Of a stretch of 64,000 nucleotides of DNA, positions 9,891-19,747 are shown in pieces (the stretch's first letter is position 1; every line of letters starts with the position of its first letter). Made by a program: the position numbers and the translations under genes. The DNA is taken from assembly GCA_964654465.1 (NCBI GenBank), contig CAZZIO010000040.1, forward strand, positions 1 to 64,000. Reading direction: 5' to 3'. Under the pieces are notes generated by a model. The model did no database searches. It saw only the letters and a program-made list of their open reading frames with translations, and was not told where the DNA came from. This DNA comes from an uncultured Dictyoglomota bacterium. Its GTDB lineage: Bacteria; Dictyoglomota; Dictyoglomia; Dictyoglomales; Dictyoglomaceae.

Positions 9891-10931
9891 ATGAGTAAGA
9901 AACGTATAGGTGTGCTTACCGGTGGTGGAGATTGTCCAGGCCTTAACCCAGCTATACGTGGAGTAGTTATGAGAGCTTTAGATTATGGAGATGAAGTTAT
10001 AGGACTAAAATATGGTTGGGCTGGTCTTATTAAAGCAGATGCTGTACCCTTAAAATTAGAAGATGTGGAAGACATATTAGAAATTGGTGGAACCATATTA
10101 GGTAGTTCAAGAACAAACCCATTTAAGAAGGAAGAGGATGTACAAAAATGCATCGAAAGTTTTAAGAAACTAAATTTAGATGCCCTAATAGCTATTGGTG
10201 GAGAAGATACCCTGGGAGTAGCATCAAAATTTAGCAAACTTGGACTTCCCATGATTGGAATCCCAAAAACCATAGATAAAGACTTAGAAGAAACAGATTA
10301 TACACTTGGTTTTGATACAGCAGTAGAGGTAGTAGTAGATGCTATTAAAAGATTAAGAGATACTGCAAAATCTCATGCAAGAGTAATAGTAGTCGAAATA
10401 ATGGGTAGACATGCTGGATGGCTTGCTCTTTATGGAGGATTAGCAGGTGGAGCAGATTATATTTTAATTCCCGAAGTAGAACCAAATCTTGAAGAATTAT
10501 ATAATCATATAAGAAAACTATATGCTAGGGGTCATACATATGCAGTAGTAGCCATCGCTGAAGGTGTACAGTTACCTGGTTTCACATACCAAAAGGGACA
10601 AGAAGGAATGGTCGACGCTTTTGGACATATAAGATTGGGCGGAGTAGGTAATGTCTTAGCAGAGGAAATTCAGAAAAATATTGGAATCGAAACAAGAGCT
10701 GTAATACTTAGCCATCTTCAAAGAGGAGGAAGTCCTTCTATTAGAGATAGAATCTTAGGATTATTACTTGGTAAAACAGCAGTTGATTTAGTACATGAAG
10801 GTAAATCTGGTTACTTTATTGCAGTAAAAGGAAGCGAATTAGTACCAGTAGATATTACACTAATTGAAGGAAAAACCAAGAATGTTGATCCAGCATTTTA
10901 CGAAAGTGTAAAAACATTCTTTAATAAATAA
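9891..10931 (+). CDS. pfp: Pyrophosphate-dependent phosphofructokinase
   Basis: PFK fold GGGDCPG; donor-specificity residues GGEDT (Asp) and PKTID (Lys) indicate PPi use. Confidence 0.9.
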   Translation: MSKKRIGVLTGGGDCPGLNPAIRGVVMRALDYGDEVIGLKYGWAGLIKADAVPLKLEDVEDILEIGGTILGSSRTNPFKKEEDVQKCIESFKKLNLDALIAIGGEDTLGVASKFSKLGLPMIGIPKTIDKDLEETDYTLGFDTAVEVVVDAIKRLRDTAKSHARVIVVEIMGRHAGWLALYGGLAGGADYILIPEVEPNLEELYNHIRKLYARGHTYAVVAIAEGVQLPGFTYQKGQEGMVDAFGHIRLGGVGNVLAEEIQKNIGIETRAVILSHLQRGGSPSIRDRILGLLLGKTAVDLVHEGKSGYFIAVKGSELVPVDITLIEGKTKNVDPAFYESVKTFFNK

Positions 10932-10944
10932 AAACGAAGACTTT

Positions 10945-11412
10945 TTAGGAAGAGGGGGGTTTTACCTTCCTCTTCCTTTTTCTATATGTGATTATAATAT
11001 CTTTCACAACAAAATAAGATAAAATTGAAAATAAAATTGATATAATAAGATTTCCCAAAAGATATCTTAGAATAAAAATTTTTGCACCTGTTCTTTCTAA
11101 TCCACGCCATCTAACTTTTCCTGTTGTTATAAAATCTCCTAATATATAACTCAATGTCCAAAAAAAGGGAGATGTAAAGTAGTTCATTATGAATGTTCCT
11201 AAAATGCCCGCAAGATAATTAAGTTTAAATATGTAACAAATAAAAATCATTATAATCCCACCTAATCCAAAAGTAGGAAAAATTCCAATAAACACTCCTA
11301 TACTGAAGCTTAAAGATATTTTCTCTGGTGTATCTTGAATTCTTACAAGCTTTAAATAAATATATCTCAGAAATCTCTTAATACTTCTTTTTTTCATTAT
11401 AGATTTTTTCAA
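10945..11412 (-). CDS. DUF2062-family membrane protein
   Basis: TPEKISLSFSIGVFIGIFPTFG and N.FT.P pattern typical of DUF2062. Confidence 0.75.
   Translation of the reverse strand: MKKSIMKKRSIKRFLRYIYLKLVRIQDTPEKISLSFSIGVFIGIFPTFGLGGIIMIFICYIFKLNYLAGILGTFIMNYFTSPFFWTLSYILGDFITTGKVRWRGLERTGAKIFILRYLLGNLIISILFSILSYFVVKDIIITYRKRKRKVKPPSS
10947..10981 (+). terminator. Intrinsic terminator of pfp, inside the 3' end of the opposite-strand gene
   Basis: AGGAAGAGGGGGGT-TTT-ACCTTCCTCTTCCT stem (14 bp, 2 G-U) followed by Ts. Confidence 0.7.
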
Positions 11413-11881
11413 TTACAGGCTTTAATTTTTTATATGTAGATGCTAAATCCTCTGGTATTACTTTAGTATCACCTATAACTACCATAAAATTTGAATCACC
11501 ATTCCATCTTGGGACAACATGTAAATGTAAGTGCTCTGATATACCTGCACCAGCTACCTCTCCTATATTCATACCAATATTAAAACCATGAGGTTTCATG
11601 ATATTATTTAATGCCTCGACAGATACCTGCAGTAGAAACATCATTTCTTGTAATGTTTCTTTATCAATAGATAAAATATCATTTGTATGCTTATAAGGTA
11701 CTATCATTAAATGTCCATTATTATAAGGATATAAATTCAGGATTATGAAATTATATTCGCCTCTTAATAATATGTAGTTCTCTTCATCTTTACTTTCCAT
11801 AGGCTTTGTACAAAATATACAGTCCTTTGATTTTTCAGCTGTAACATATTTTATCCTCCATGGACAAAAAAGTCTTTTCAT
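11378..11881 (-). CDS. HIT-family nucleotide hydrolase/phosphorylase
   Basis: CIFC, NLYPYNNGH, HLHLHVVPRW histidine triad. Confidence 0.92.
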   Translation of the reverse strand: MKRLFCPWRIKYVTAEKSKDCIFCTKPMESKDEENYILLRGEYNFIILNLYPYNNGHLMIVPYKHTNDILSIDKETLQEMMFLLQVSVEALNNIMKPHGFNIGMNIGEVAGAGISEHLHLHVVPRWNGDSNFMVVIGDTKVIPEDLASTYKKLKPVIEKIYNEKKKY

Positions 11882-11903
11882 CTTCTCTCTCCTTCCTTTA
11901 CAC

Positions 11904-11933
11904 TTGACAAAATATAGCTTTAAAAGTTAATAT
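11904..11933 (+). promoter_or_regulatory. Probable promoter of tRNA-Leu
   Basis: TTGACA at 11904-11909, TAATAT at 11928-11933 (18 bp spacer). Confidence 0.5.
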
Positions 11934-11944
11934 TTATAAAAAGT

Positions 11945-12034
11945 GCCGAAGTGGCGGAATTGGCAGACGCGCCAGACTCAAAATCTGGTGGGTGGGTAAC
12001 ACCCGTGCCGGTTCGACTCCGGCCTTCGGCACCA
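11945..12034 (+). tRNA. tRNA-Leu(CAA)
   Basis: GCCGAAGTGGCGGAATTGGCAGACGC; CCAGA-CT-CAA-AA-TCTGG; long variable arm; CCA end. Confidence 0.96.
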
Positions 12035-12045
12035 AAATTTTAATC

Positions 12046-12999
12046 TTACCATATCTTCTCCATCTCCCAATACAATTCAGAAGGTACTCTTTTCTTATTA
12101 TTTATTACATCCTCTAAAGAGACAGAAACAGTAGTATTATTTTGCCATCCTATCATTACTCCCGAAAACCCATTCATTAGAACTTTCACAGCTTCCACAC
12201 CCATAAAAGTTGCTATAGTCCTATCGAATACTGATGGGGATCCTCCTCTTTGTATGTGTCCAAGTACAACAATACGAGTAGGTATACCTACCCTATCCTC
12301 AATTTGTTTTCCAATAAAATAAGCACTTCCAACTCCCTCCGCAACCACTATAATATTATGTCTTTTATTCCTTTTTTGCCTTTCTTTTAATTTTTCTGTA
12401 ATATAAGGAAAATCTATAGGTACCTCGGGAATAAGCACAATATCCGCACCACTAACTAATCCAGCAACAAAAGCTATATATCCACACTCCCTACCCATAA
12501 CTTCTATAACAAAAGTCCTCTCATGAGCAGCAGCTGTATCCCTTATTTTATTTATAGCATCAATAACATTATTACACGCAGTGTCAAAACCTATTGAAAA
12601 ATCAGTTCCCCATATATCATTATCTATACTTCCTGGAATTCCTACTACTTTTATACCTCTCTTATATAGCTCAAAAGCTCCTTTAAGAGAACCTTCTCCA
12701 CCAATTACAATTAAACCATCTATGTTTTGATTTTTTATGTTCTCTATAGCTTTCAAAATACCCTCTTCCTTTTCAAAATCCTTTGATCGAGCAGTATGTA
12801 AAATTGTTCCACCGCGTTGAACAATTTCACTCACATCATCTCTTCCAAGCCTTCTAAAATCCCCTTCAATTAAACCCTGATATCCCCTTTCAATCCCTAT
12901 AATTTCTAAATTTTTAGATAATCCATATCTGACAATAGCCCTAATTGCAGAATTCATTCCAGGCGCATCACCACCACTAGTAAGTACCCCTACCTTCAT
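12046..12999 (-). CDS. pfkA: ATP-dependent 6-phosphofructokinase
   Basis: MKVGVLTSGGDAPGMN; GGEGS (Gly) and PGSIDND indicate ATP use; start reset to ATG 12999 after AGAGGAGG. Confidence 0.93.
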   Translation of the reverse strand: MKVGVLTSGGDAPGMNSAIRAIVRYGLSKNLEIIGIERGYQGLIEGDFRRLGRDDVSEIVQRGGTILHTARSKDFEKEEGILKAIENIKNQNIDGLIVIGGEGSLKGAFELYKRGIKVVGIPGSIDNDIWGTDFSIGFDTACNNVIDAINKIRDTAAAHERTFVIEVMGRECGYIAFVAGLVSGADIVLIPEVPIDFPYITEKLKERQKRNKRHNIIVVAEGVGSAYFIGKQIEDRVGIPTRIVVLGHIQRGGSPSVFDRTIATFMGVEAVKVLMNGFSGVMIGWQNNTTVSVSLEDVINNKKRVPSELYWEMEKIW

Positions 13000-13829
13000 T
13001 TTTCTTTTTCCTCCTCTTGAAATCTTCCATAATTTCTTAACTTCAACCATCTTTCTTCTAATAAGATTTTTATTTCCTTCTCTCTCAACCTCTTCAATAC
13101 CCTCCTTAAAGCTAATCTCAAATTATTAATTGTCCCTTCAAAATCCTGATGAGCACCCCCATTAGGCTCTGGAATTACCTCATCAACAAGACCTAACTTA
13201 TAAAGATCTTCAGCAGTAATCTTAAGAGCCTCAGCAGCCTCGGGAGCTTTAGAAGAATCCCTAAACAAAATTGACGCACAACCCTCTGGAGATATCACCG
13301 AGTAATAGGCATTTTCAAGTATCATTATATAATCTCCAACCCCTATTCCTAAAGCACCACCACTTCCACCTTCACTTAAAACTACTACTATTATTGGGGT
13401 TTTTAATACAGACATTTCTTTTAAATTTTGAGCTATTGCCCAAGCTTGTCCTCTTTCTTCAGCACCTATACCTGGATATGCTCCTGCCGTATCAATAAAG
13501 GATATTACTGGTAAAGAAAATTTCTCTGCTATCTTCATAACTCTTAAAGCTTTTCTGTAACCTTCAGGATGGGGCATACCAAAATTCCTTTTCATCTTTT
13601 CTTGAACAGACTTTCCCTTCTCTTGACCTATAATTACCACACTTTCATCATTAAAAGTCCCTAACCCTGCGATGATTGCAGAATCATCACCATATAACCT
13701 ATCTCCATGTAATTCAATAAAATTGTCAAACAATGCATCTAAAAAATCAGAAAAGGTAGGACGGTTTGGGTGTCTTGCAAGAAGTATTCTCTCCCAAGGC
13801 GTCAATCTTCTTTCCATGATTTCCTCCAA
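12996..13829 (-). CDS. accA: Acetyl-CoA carboxylase carboxyltransferase alpha
   Basis: ELHGDR, RNFGMPHPEGYRKALR, AEERGQ, GGSGGAL; start may be ATG 13817. Confidence 0.96.
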   Translation of the reverse strand: MEEIMERRLTPWERILLARHPNRPTFSDFLDALFDNFIELHGDRLYGDDSAIIAGLGTFNDESVVIIGQEKGKSVQEKMKRNFGMPHPEGYRKALRVMKIAEKFSLPVISFIDTAGAYPGIGAEERGQAWAIAQNLKEMSVLKTPIIVVVLSEGGSGGALGIGVGDYIMILENAYYSVISPEGCASILFRDSSKAPEAAEALKITAEDLYKLGLVDEVIPEPNGGAHQDFEGTINNLRLALRRVLKRLREKEIKILLEERWLKLRNYGRFQEEEKEK

Positions 13830-14656
13830 AGATGAGTCAATATTATAAATAAAGTATTTTTAAGCTTCTTCCTTTCTACTACTAAATCTACCATACCATG
13901 CTCTAATAAAAACTCTGACCTTTGAAATCCCTCAGGAAGCTTCTGTTTTATTGTTTGTTCAATAACTCGAGGCCCTGTAAAACCAATTAGTGCACCTGGT
14001 TCAGCAACTATTACATCTCCTAAGGAACCAAAACTTGCCAAGACACCTGCAGTTGATGGATGGGTTAACACATTGATATATGGTATTTTAGCCTCACTTA
14101 GTCTTGCAATTGCAGCACTTGTTTTTGCCATTTGAAATAAAGAAAAAAGTCCTTCTTGCATTCTTGCTCCTCCTGAAGATATTACACTAACTACAGGTAT
14201 TCTATCTCTTAATGCTCTTTCAATTGTTCTCACCACTTTTTCTCCTACAACTGATCCCATACTGCCCCCAATGAATCTAAAATCCATCACTATTATATGA
14301 ACAGGAATCCCATTAATCTCCCCTTTACCAACAATAATGGCATCTTTTAAACCGGTAGCTTCTTGTGCCTCTTTTATTCTTTGGGTATAGGGTTTTGTAT
14401 CTATAAAACCGAGTACATCAATAGGTGAAATATGAGCATCAAATTCCTCAAAAGTGCCATCGTCAATTAAAAGATCTATGCGTTCGTATGCTGTTAATTG
14501 ATCATGATATCCACATTTTATACATACTTTTAGATTTTCATTCCAATCCTTGGAATAGATGATTTGAGAACATTGAGGACATTTAATCCATAAACCATCG
14601 GGAATATCTCTAAATTTATCTTTGTTTTCATTTCTTCTTAAAAAATCCCTAAACAT
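13802..14656 (-). CDS. accD: Acetyl-CoA carboxylase carboxyltransferase beta
   Basis: N-terminal Zn finger CPQC..CIKC; GGSMGSVVGEK; SGGARMQEG. Confidence 0.96.
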   Translation of the reverse strand: MFRDFLRRNENKDKFRDIPDGLWIKCPQCSQIIYSKDWNENLKVCIKCGYHDQLTAYERIDLLIDDGTFEEFDAHISPIDVLGFIDTKPYTQRIKEAQEATGLKDAIIVGKGEINGIPVHIIVMDFRFIGGSMGSVVGEKVVRTIERALRDRIPVVSVISSGGARMQEGLFSLFQMAKTSAAIARLSEAKIPYINVLTHPSTAGVLASFGSLGDVIVAEPGALIGFTGPRVIEQTIKQKLPEGFQRSEFLLEHGMVDLVVERKKLKNTLFIILTHLWRKSWKED

Positions 14657-14715
14657 TTCCCCTCCTTAAAATTTTAATTTTTGATTATTTTACCATACAA
14701 AGTTATTTTAGCTAA

Positions 14716-17700
14716 TTACAGATCTTTTATATGTTTAAGTCCAAAAGTAACACCAAACTTAAATAGTTGAATTAGATCTTTTTTGATATCCTCATTCCAT
14801 TTAATCCAAAATTCAGGTGATATTAAAATTTTTTCATTATCAACCTTTATTATCACAGGCGTTAATCCTTTTCTATTTTTTAATATCTCCCTAATTTTAT
14901 AAATCAACTCATACGTTCTATTTGCGTTTAAATTAATTAAAAGAACATTTCCATCCAATTCATCTACCTGTTCTACCATAATTTTTACTATTTCCTCATT
15001 TTCATCTTTATCTACTTCTAACTTACCTCCTACTACAACTCTCTTACCTTCTTGTAAAACATCCTTAAAATTATTATAAACAGAAGAAAAAACAATTATA
15101 TCAGCTTCACCTGTGTAGTCTTCTAATGTTGCAAAAAGCATTTTTTGGTTCTTTCTATCTAAAATTTCCCTCACATTCTTAAGAATCCCAGGCACGACAA
15201 TCCAGCTTCCAGATTCCACATCTACCAACTCATCAATAGTATTTTCAAAGAGTTTTTGTGATATTTCTCTCAATTCTTCTTGAGGATCATAGGAAACATA
15301 AAGACCGAGCATCTCTTTTTCCATCTCCATTAATTCTTCCACAGTAAATTCTTCAGTATTCATAATCATTGGATCTCTAATTAATTCCATAGTATCTATT
15401 AAGGATGCTTGTGTTACTGGCACCTTTTTAGTCGATTGTACTGAATCTAAAAGCTTATCAATATTTTCAAGTAAAGATCTTCTACTTAATTCAAAACTAT
15501 CAAAAGCACCACTTTTTATCAAGCTTTCTAAAGTTCTTTTATTAATCACTCGAGAATTCAATCTTTTAACAAAATCTAAAACAGATTTAAATTTACCATT
15601 TTCTCTCTCATTTACAATTGCTACAGCAACTCCCTCACCCACATTTTTCACAGCAGAAAGTCCAAATCTTATTCCTTCATTTGTAACTGTAAAATGAACC
15701 ATACTTTCATTTACATCTGGGGGTAGAATTTTAATACCCATTCTTTTGGCTTCTGCTATATATTTACTTAACTTTGAAGTATTATTTCTCACACTTGTTA
15801 ATAATGATGACATAAATTCCTTTGGATAATAAACTTTAAGAAAAGCAGTTTGATAAGACACATAGGCATAAGCTGCACTATGAGACTTATTAAAACCATA
15901 TTCTGCAAATTTTGCCATATCCTCAAATATATCCTTAGCTACCTCTTCTGGAATACCTCTCTCTTTTGCACCTTTAACAAATATCTCTCTTTGCTCTTCC
16001 ATAACTTCTGGCTTCTTTTTACCCATAGCCCTTCTTAAAACATCAGCTTGTCCTAATGAAAATCCTGCCAATCTATGAGCAATTTCCATAACCTGTTCTT
16101 GATATATAATCACGCCATAGGTTTCTGAAAGAATAGGTTCTAAAGAAGGATGCATATATTCTACTTTTTCTTCTCCTCTCTTTCTCTTTATATAACTTTC
16201 TAATCTTCCTAAAGGACCAGGCCTATATAAAGCTAATACTGCTATTAAGTCTTCAAATTTTTCTGGCTTTATTTCTCTTAAAAGATTTCTCATTCCTCTA
16301 CTCTCTAATTGAAAGACCCCTATCGTCTCACCTTTCTGTAACAATTCATAAACCTTAGGATCATCCAGTGGTAAATTATCTATATCTATATCAACTCCAT
16401 AATTTTCTTTTATCTTTTTCAAAGTATCATAAATTACAGTAAGAGTTCTTAAACCAAGAAAATCCATCTTTAATAGTCCAAGTTCTTCTAAATTTGTCAT
16501 TGGAAATTGAGTTACAATTTCACTGCTATTCATTACTTGGAGAGGCACATACTCTATTAGTGGATCCTTAGAAATAACTAAACCAGCAGCATGTATTGAA
16601 GCATGCCTTGCGTGTCCTTCGATCCTTTTTGCAATATCAATAATCTTTTTAGCTTGAGCATTATTTTCTACAAGATTTTGTAATTCTTGTGAACTTTGTA
16701 AAGCTTCCTCTATACTACTGTTAGGAGGTATTAATTTTGCAATTCTATCTACTTCGTTATAAGGGACATTTAAAACTCTACCCACATCTCTTACAGATGC
16801 ACGAGCTGCCATAGTACCAAAAGTAATAATTTGAGCCACATGTTCTTTACCATATTTATTTCTTACATAATCAATAACTTCTTCTCTTCTTTCAAAACAA
16901 AAATCAATATCAATATCAGGCATTGTTATTCTCTCAGGATTTAAAAATCTTTCAAATATCAATCCCCATCTTGTAGGCTCAATATTTGTAATCCCTAAAA
17001 CATAGGAAACCAAAGATCCTGCAGCAGAACCTCTTCCAGGACCTACTGGAATCCCTTTACTCTTTGCATACCTTACAAAGTCCTGTACAATTAAGAAATA
17101 TCCAGAAAATCCCATTTGTTTTATTACTGAGATTTCGTATTCTAATCTTTCTCTAATGTGATTTGGAATATTATCTCCAAATCTTTTTCTTGCCCCTTCC
17201 CAACAAAGTCTTTCAAAGTAAGAATCTAATGTTTCACCTTCAGGTACTTCAAATACTGGTAAAATAACCTTGTTTAAAGGTAGTTCTAAATTACATTTTT
17301 CTGCAATTTTTACTGTGTTTTCTAAAGCTTCAGGTATACTTTCAAAAATTCTAGACATCTCTTCTTCTGATTTAAAATAAAATTCATTTGTTTTAAATCT
17401 TAACCTATCTTTGTCGTTTAATTTAGATCCTGTTTGAATACATAGGAGGATATCATGAATCTCGGCATCTTCTTTATTTAAATAATGTACATCATTAGTA
17501 GCTACAAGAGGGACGCTAAATTCTTTAGACAATTCAATTAATTTTTCATTAACATATTTTTGTTCTTCTAAACCATTATCTTGAAGTTCCAAATAAAAAT
17601 CTTCTCCAAATATATCTAAATACTCTTTTATAGATTCTTTTGCTTTATCTATTCTATTGTTTAGGATGTAGGTAGGTACTTCTCCAGCAAGACAACTTGT

Positions 17701-18099
17701 AAGAGCTATTAATCCTCTTGAATATTCTCTTAAAAGTTCTTTATCAACCCTTGGTTTATAATAGAAGCCCTCTATAAAAGACAAGCTAACTAATTTGGTT
17801 AAATTTTTATAACCCTCAAAATCTTTTGCAAGAAGAATTAAATGAAAAAGATCTCCTCTTTGGCCTTTTTTCTCAAAGCGTGAATCTGGAGTTACATATA
17901 CTTCACAACCAATTATAGGTTTAATTCCCTTCTCTTTCGTTATTTTATAAAAATCAATAACACCATACATTACACCATGGTCTGTTAAAGCTACAGCAGG
18001 CATGTTAAAATTAACAGCTTTTTCTACCAATTCATCAAGCTTACAGGCACCATCAAGCAAACTATACTCTGAATGTACATGGAGATGTACAAATCCCAT
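14716..18099 (-). CDS. dnaE: DNA polymerase III alpha subunit
   Basis: PHP FVHLHVHSEYSLLDG, GRGSAAGS, PDIDID, GFNKSH, OB fold; no intein; start taken at ATG 18099. Confidence 0.97.
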   Translation of the reverse strand: MGFVHLHVHSEYSLLDGACKLDELVEKAVNFNMPAVALTDHGVMYGVIDFYKITKEKGIKPIIGCEVYVTPDSRFEKKGQRGDLFHLILLAKDFEGYKNLTKLVSLSFIEGFYYKPRVDKELLREYSRGLIALTSCLAGEVPTYILNNRIDKAKESIKEYLDIFGEDFYLELQDNGLEEQKYVNEKLIELSKEFSVPLVATNDVHYLNKEDAEIHDILLCIQTGSKLNDKDRLRFKTNEFYFKSEEEMSRIFESIPEALENTVKIAEKCNLELPLNKVILPVFEVPEGETLDSYFERLCWEGARKRFGDNIPNHIRERLEYEISVIKQMGFSGYFLIVQDFVRYAKSKGIPVGPGRGSAAGSLVSYVLGITNIEPTRWGLIFERFLNPERITMPDIDIDFCFERREEVIDYVRNKYGKEHVAQIITFGTMAARASVRDVGRVLNVPYNEVDRIAKLIPPNSSIEEALQSSQELQNLVENNAQAKKIIDIAKRIEGHARHASIHAAGLVISKDPLIEYVPLQVMNSSEIVTQFPMTNLEELGLLKMDFLGLRTLTVIYDTLKKIKENYGVDIDIDNLPLDDPKVYELLQKGETIGVFQLESRGMRNLLREIKPEKFEDLIAVLALYRPGPLGRLESYIKRKRGEEKVEYMHPSLEPILSETYGVIIYQEQVMEIAHRLAGFSLGQADVLRRAMGKKKPEVMEEQREIFVKGAKERGIPEEVAKDIFEDMAKFAEYGFNKSHSAAYAYVSYQTAFLKVYYPKEFMSSLLTSVRNNTSKLSKYIAEAKRMGIKILPPDVNESMVHFTVTNEGIRFGLSAVKNVGEGVAVAIVNERENGKFKSVLDFVKRLNSRVINKRTLESLIKSGAFDSFELSRRSLLENIDKLLDSVQSTKKVPVTQASLIDTMELIRDPMIMNTEEFTVEELMEMEKEMLGLYVSYDPQEELREISQKLFENTIDELVDVESGSWIVVPGILKNVREILDRKNQKMLFATLEDYTGEADIIVFSSVYNNFKDVLQEGKRVVVGGKLEVDKDENEEIVKIMVEQVDELDGNVLLINLNANRTYELIYKIREILKNRKGLTPVIIKVDNEKILISPEFWIKWNEDIKKDLIQLFKFGVTFGLKHIKDL

Positions 18100-18136
18100 A
18101 CATATCGCCAAGTTTCAAAAAAATATTACTTTTGTA

Positions 18137-18439
18137 TTATAACTGAGAAGGATCTAAACCCAAGAGAACAAAAAAACTCTCTAATGCTCTTTTTTTCCCT
18201 CTTAATTCTGGATCACTTTCATCATTTATTAAATTTTTATATTCTTCAATAGCAAACTTTATTGTCTCTTCTAATCCCTTTTCCTCTATACTTTTATAAA
18301 GCTCCTTATACTTACTGTGTCTTGCTTCTGCATTTTTTCTCCAATAATCTGGGTTTTCTGTATTCACACTCATAAGAATATCTTGCTTTGCAAGTTTAGA
18401 AAATCCATCTAATCCCTTAAGGACAGAATCTTTATCCAT
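18137..18439 (-). CDS. Hypothetical helical protein (100 aa)
   Basis: ATG with AAGGAGAGG RBS; fills the gap between udg and dnaE; no family recognised. Confidence 0.7.
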   Translation of the reverse strand: MDKDSVLKGLDGFSKLAKQDILMSVNTENPDYWRKNAEARHSKYKELYKSIEEKGLEETIKFAIEEYKNLINDESDPELRGKKRALESFFVLLGLDPSQL

Positions 18440-18469
18440 TATAAATCCTCTCCTTTCAATTAATATTTT

Positions 18470-19096
18470 TTACCAAAAGGAAAGTTGTTCTCTTTCTCCC
18501 TTTTTGTTTTGCTCTTCCTTTTGCTGTATAACATCATCATATAATTTTTTAAGTTCAATAAAATCTTTTTTAATTCCATCAAGAAGCTTCCCATGATATA
18601 AAGCCGCAGCTGGATGATACGTTACAAATACCAACCTCCCATCAACTTGATAGTATTTACCATGAGATGTGTTCATATTCACTGTATGCCCTAATAATAC
18701 ATAGGCAGCGTGCCTTCCTAAAGCACATAATATTTGTGGACTAATTATTTCTATCTGTTTTTTTAAAAAAGGATAACAAGCATTGATCTCTTCTGGAAGA
18801 GGATCCCTATTATTAGGAGGTCTACATTTTAAAACATTGGCTATATATACATCTTCCCTTTTCAACCCCAAGGATTCAATAAGTTCTGTTAAAAGCTTTC
18901 CTGCAGCCCCAACAAAAGGCCTACCTTGTTGATCTTCATGAAAACCAGGTGCTTCACCAACAAACATAATAACAGCATTAGGATTTCCTTCACCAAAAAC
19001 TAAATTAGTTCTTTCATTCCATAATAGACAATTTCTACACCTTTCTGCTTCTCGTAACAACTCATCTAAACTTCTTATTTTATTTAATCTTTCCAT
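18470..19096 (-). CDS. udg: Family 4 (Fe-S) uracil-DNA glycosylase
   Basis: CRNC, GEAPG, GRPFVG, NVLKCRPPNNR, HPAA. Confidence 0.93.
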   Translation of the reverse strand: MERLNKIRSLDELLREAERCRNCLLWNERTNLVFGEGNPNAVIMFVGEAPGFHEDQQGRPFVGAAGKLLTELIESLGLKREDVYIANVLKCRPPNNRDPLPEEINACYPFLKKQIEIISPQILCALGRHAAYVLLGHTVNMNTSHGKYYQVDGRLVFVTYHPAAALYHGKLLDGIKKDFIELKKLYDDVIQQKEEQNKKGEREQLSFW

Positions 19097-19746
19097 CCAA
19101 ACTCTCCTTTCAGCTGGACAAATCTAACATACCCAAGATTCTCCTTCAACATTTTGCCATTTTTTTTAATAATCTTACATAAATTTTGAAAATCTCTCCC
19201 TCCTATGGGAATAACCATAATTCCTCCCTCTTCTAACTGCTCCCATAGAGGAAAAGGAACATCGTAAGATGCAGCTGTCACAATAATTCTGTCAAAAGGC
19301 GCTTTTTCTTCCCAACCCAAAGTACCATCTCCTACCTTGAAATATATATTAGTATAACCTAAAAATTTTAAAATTTTTTGGGCTCTCTCTGATAGTTCTC
19401 TGATCCGCTCAATCGTATATACTTCCTTTGAGAGTTCAGCCAATATTGCTGTCTGATAACCAGAACCTGTACCTATCTCTAAGACTTTTTCCTTTTTAGT
19501 AAGTCCTAAAGCTTCTGTCATTAGGGCTACCACATAAGGCTGGGATATGGTCTGCCCAAAACCTATTGGTAATGCTTCATTTACATAAGCTAAATCTATA
19601 TACTCTTGGGGTACAAAAAGATGTCTTGGAACTTTACTAATAGCATTAAGAACGTCAGGAGATTTTATTCCTTCATTCCTTAATATCTCTACTAAATTTT
19701 CTCTTTTTTGTTTGAATAAATCAGTATCTTTAAAATCCAAAGTCAA
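19084..19746 (-). CDS. pcm: Protein-L-isoaspartate O-methyltransferase
   Basis: VPRHLFVP, GQTISQP, VLEIGTGSGYQ, APFDRIIVTAA; TTG start. Confidence 0.94.
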   Translation of the reverse strand: MTLDFKDTDLFKQKRENLVEILRNEGIKSPDVLNAISKVPRHLFVPQEYIDLAYVNEALPIGFGQTISQPYVVALMTEALGLTKKEKVLEIGTGSGYQTAILAELSKEVYTIERIRELSERAQKILKFLGYTNIYFKVGDGTLGWEEKAPFDRIIVTAASYDVPFPLWEQLEEGGIMVIPIGGRDFQNLCKIIKKNGKMLKENLGYVRFVQLKGEFGWKD

Positions 19747-19747
19747 T

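Noticed and set aside
4890-18099. Inteins or introns in nrdJ or dnaE
   Set aside because: Lengths and motif spacing look normal; no splice-junction or endonuclease motifs noticed
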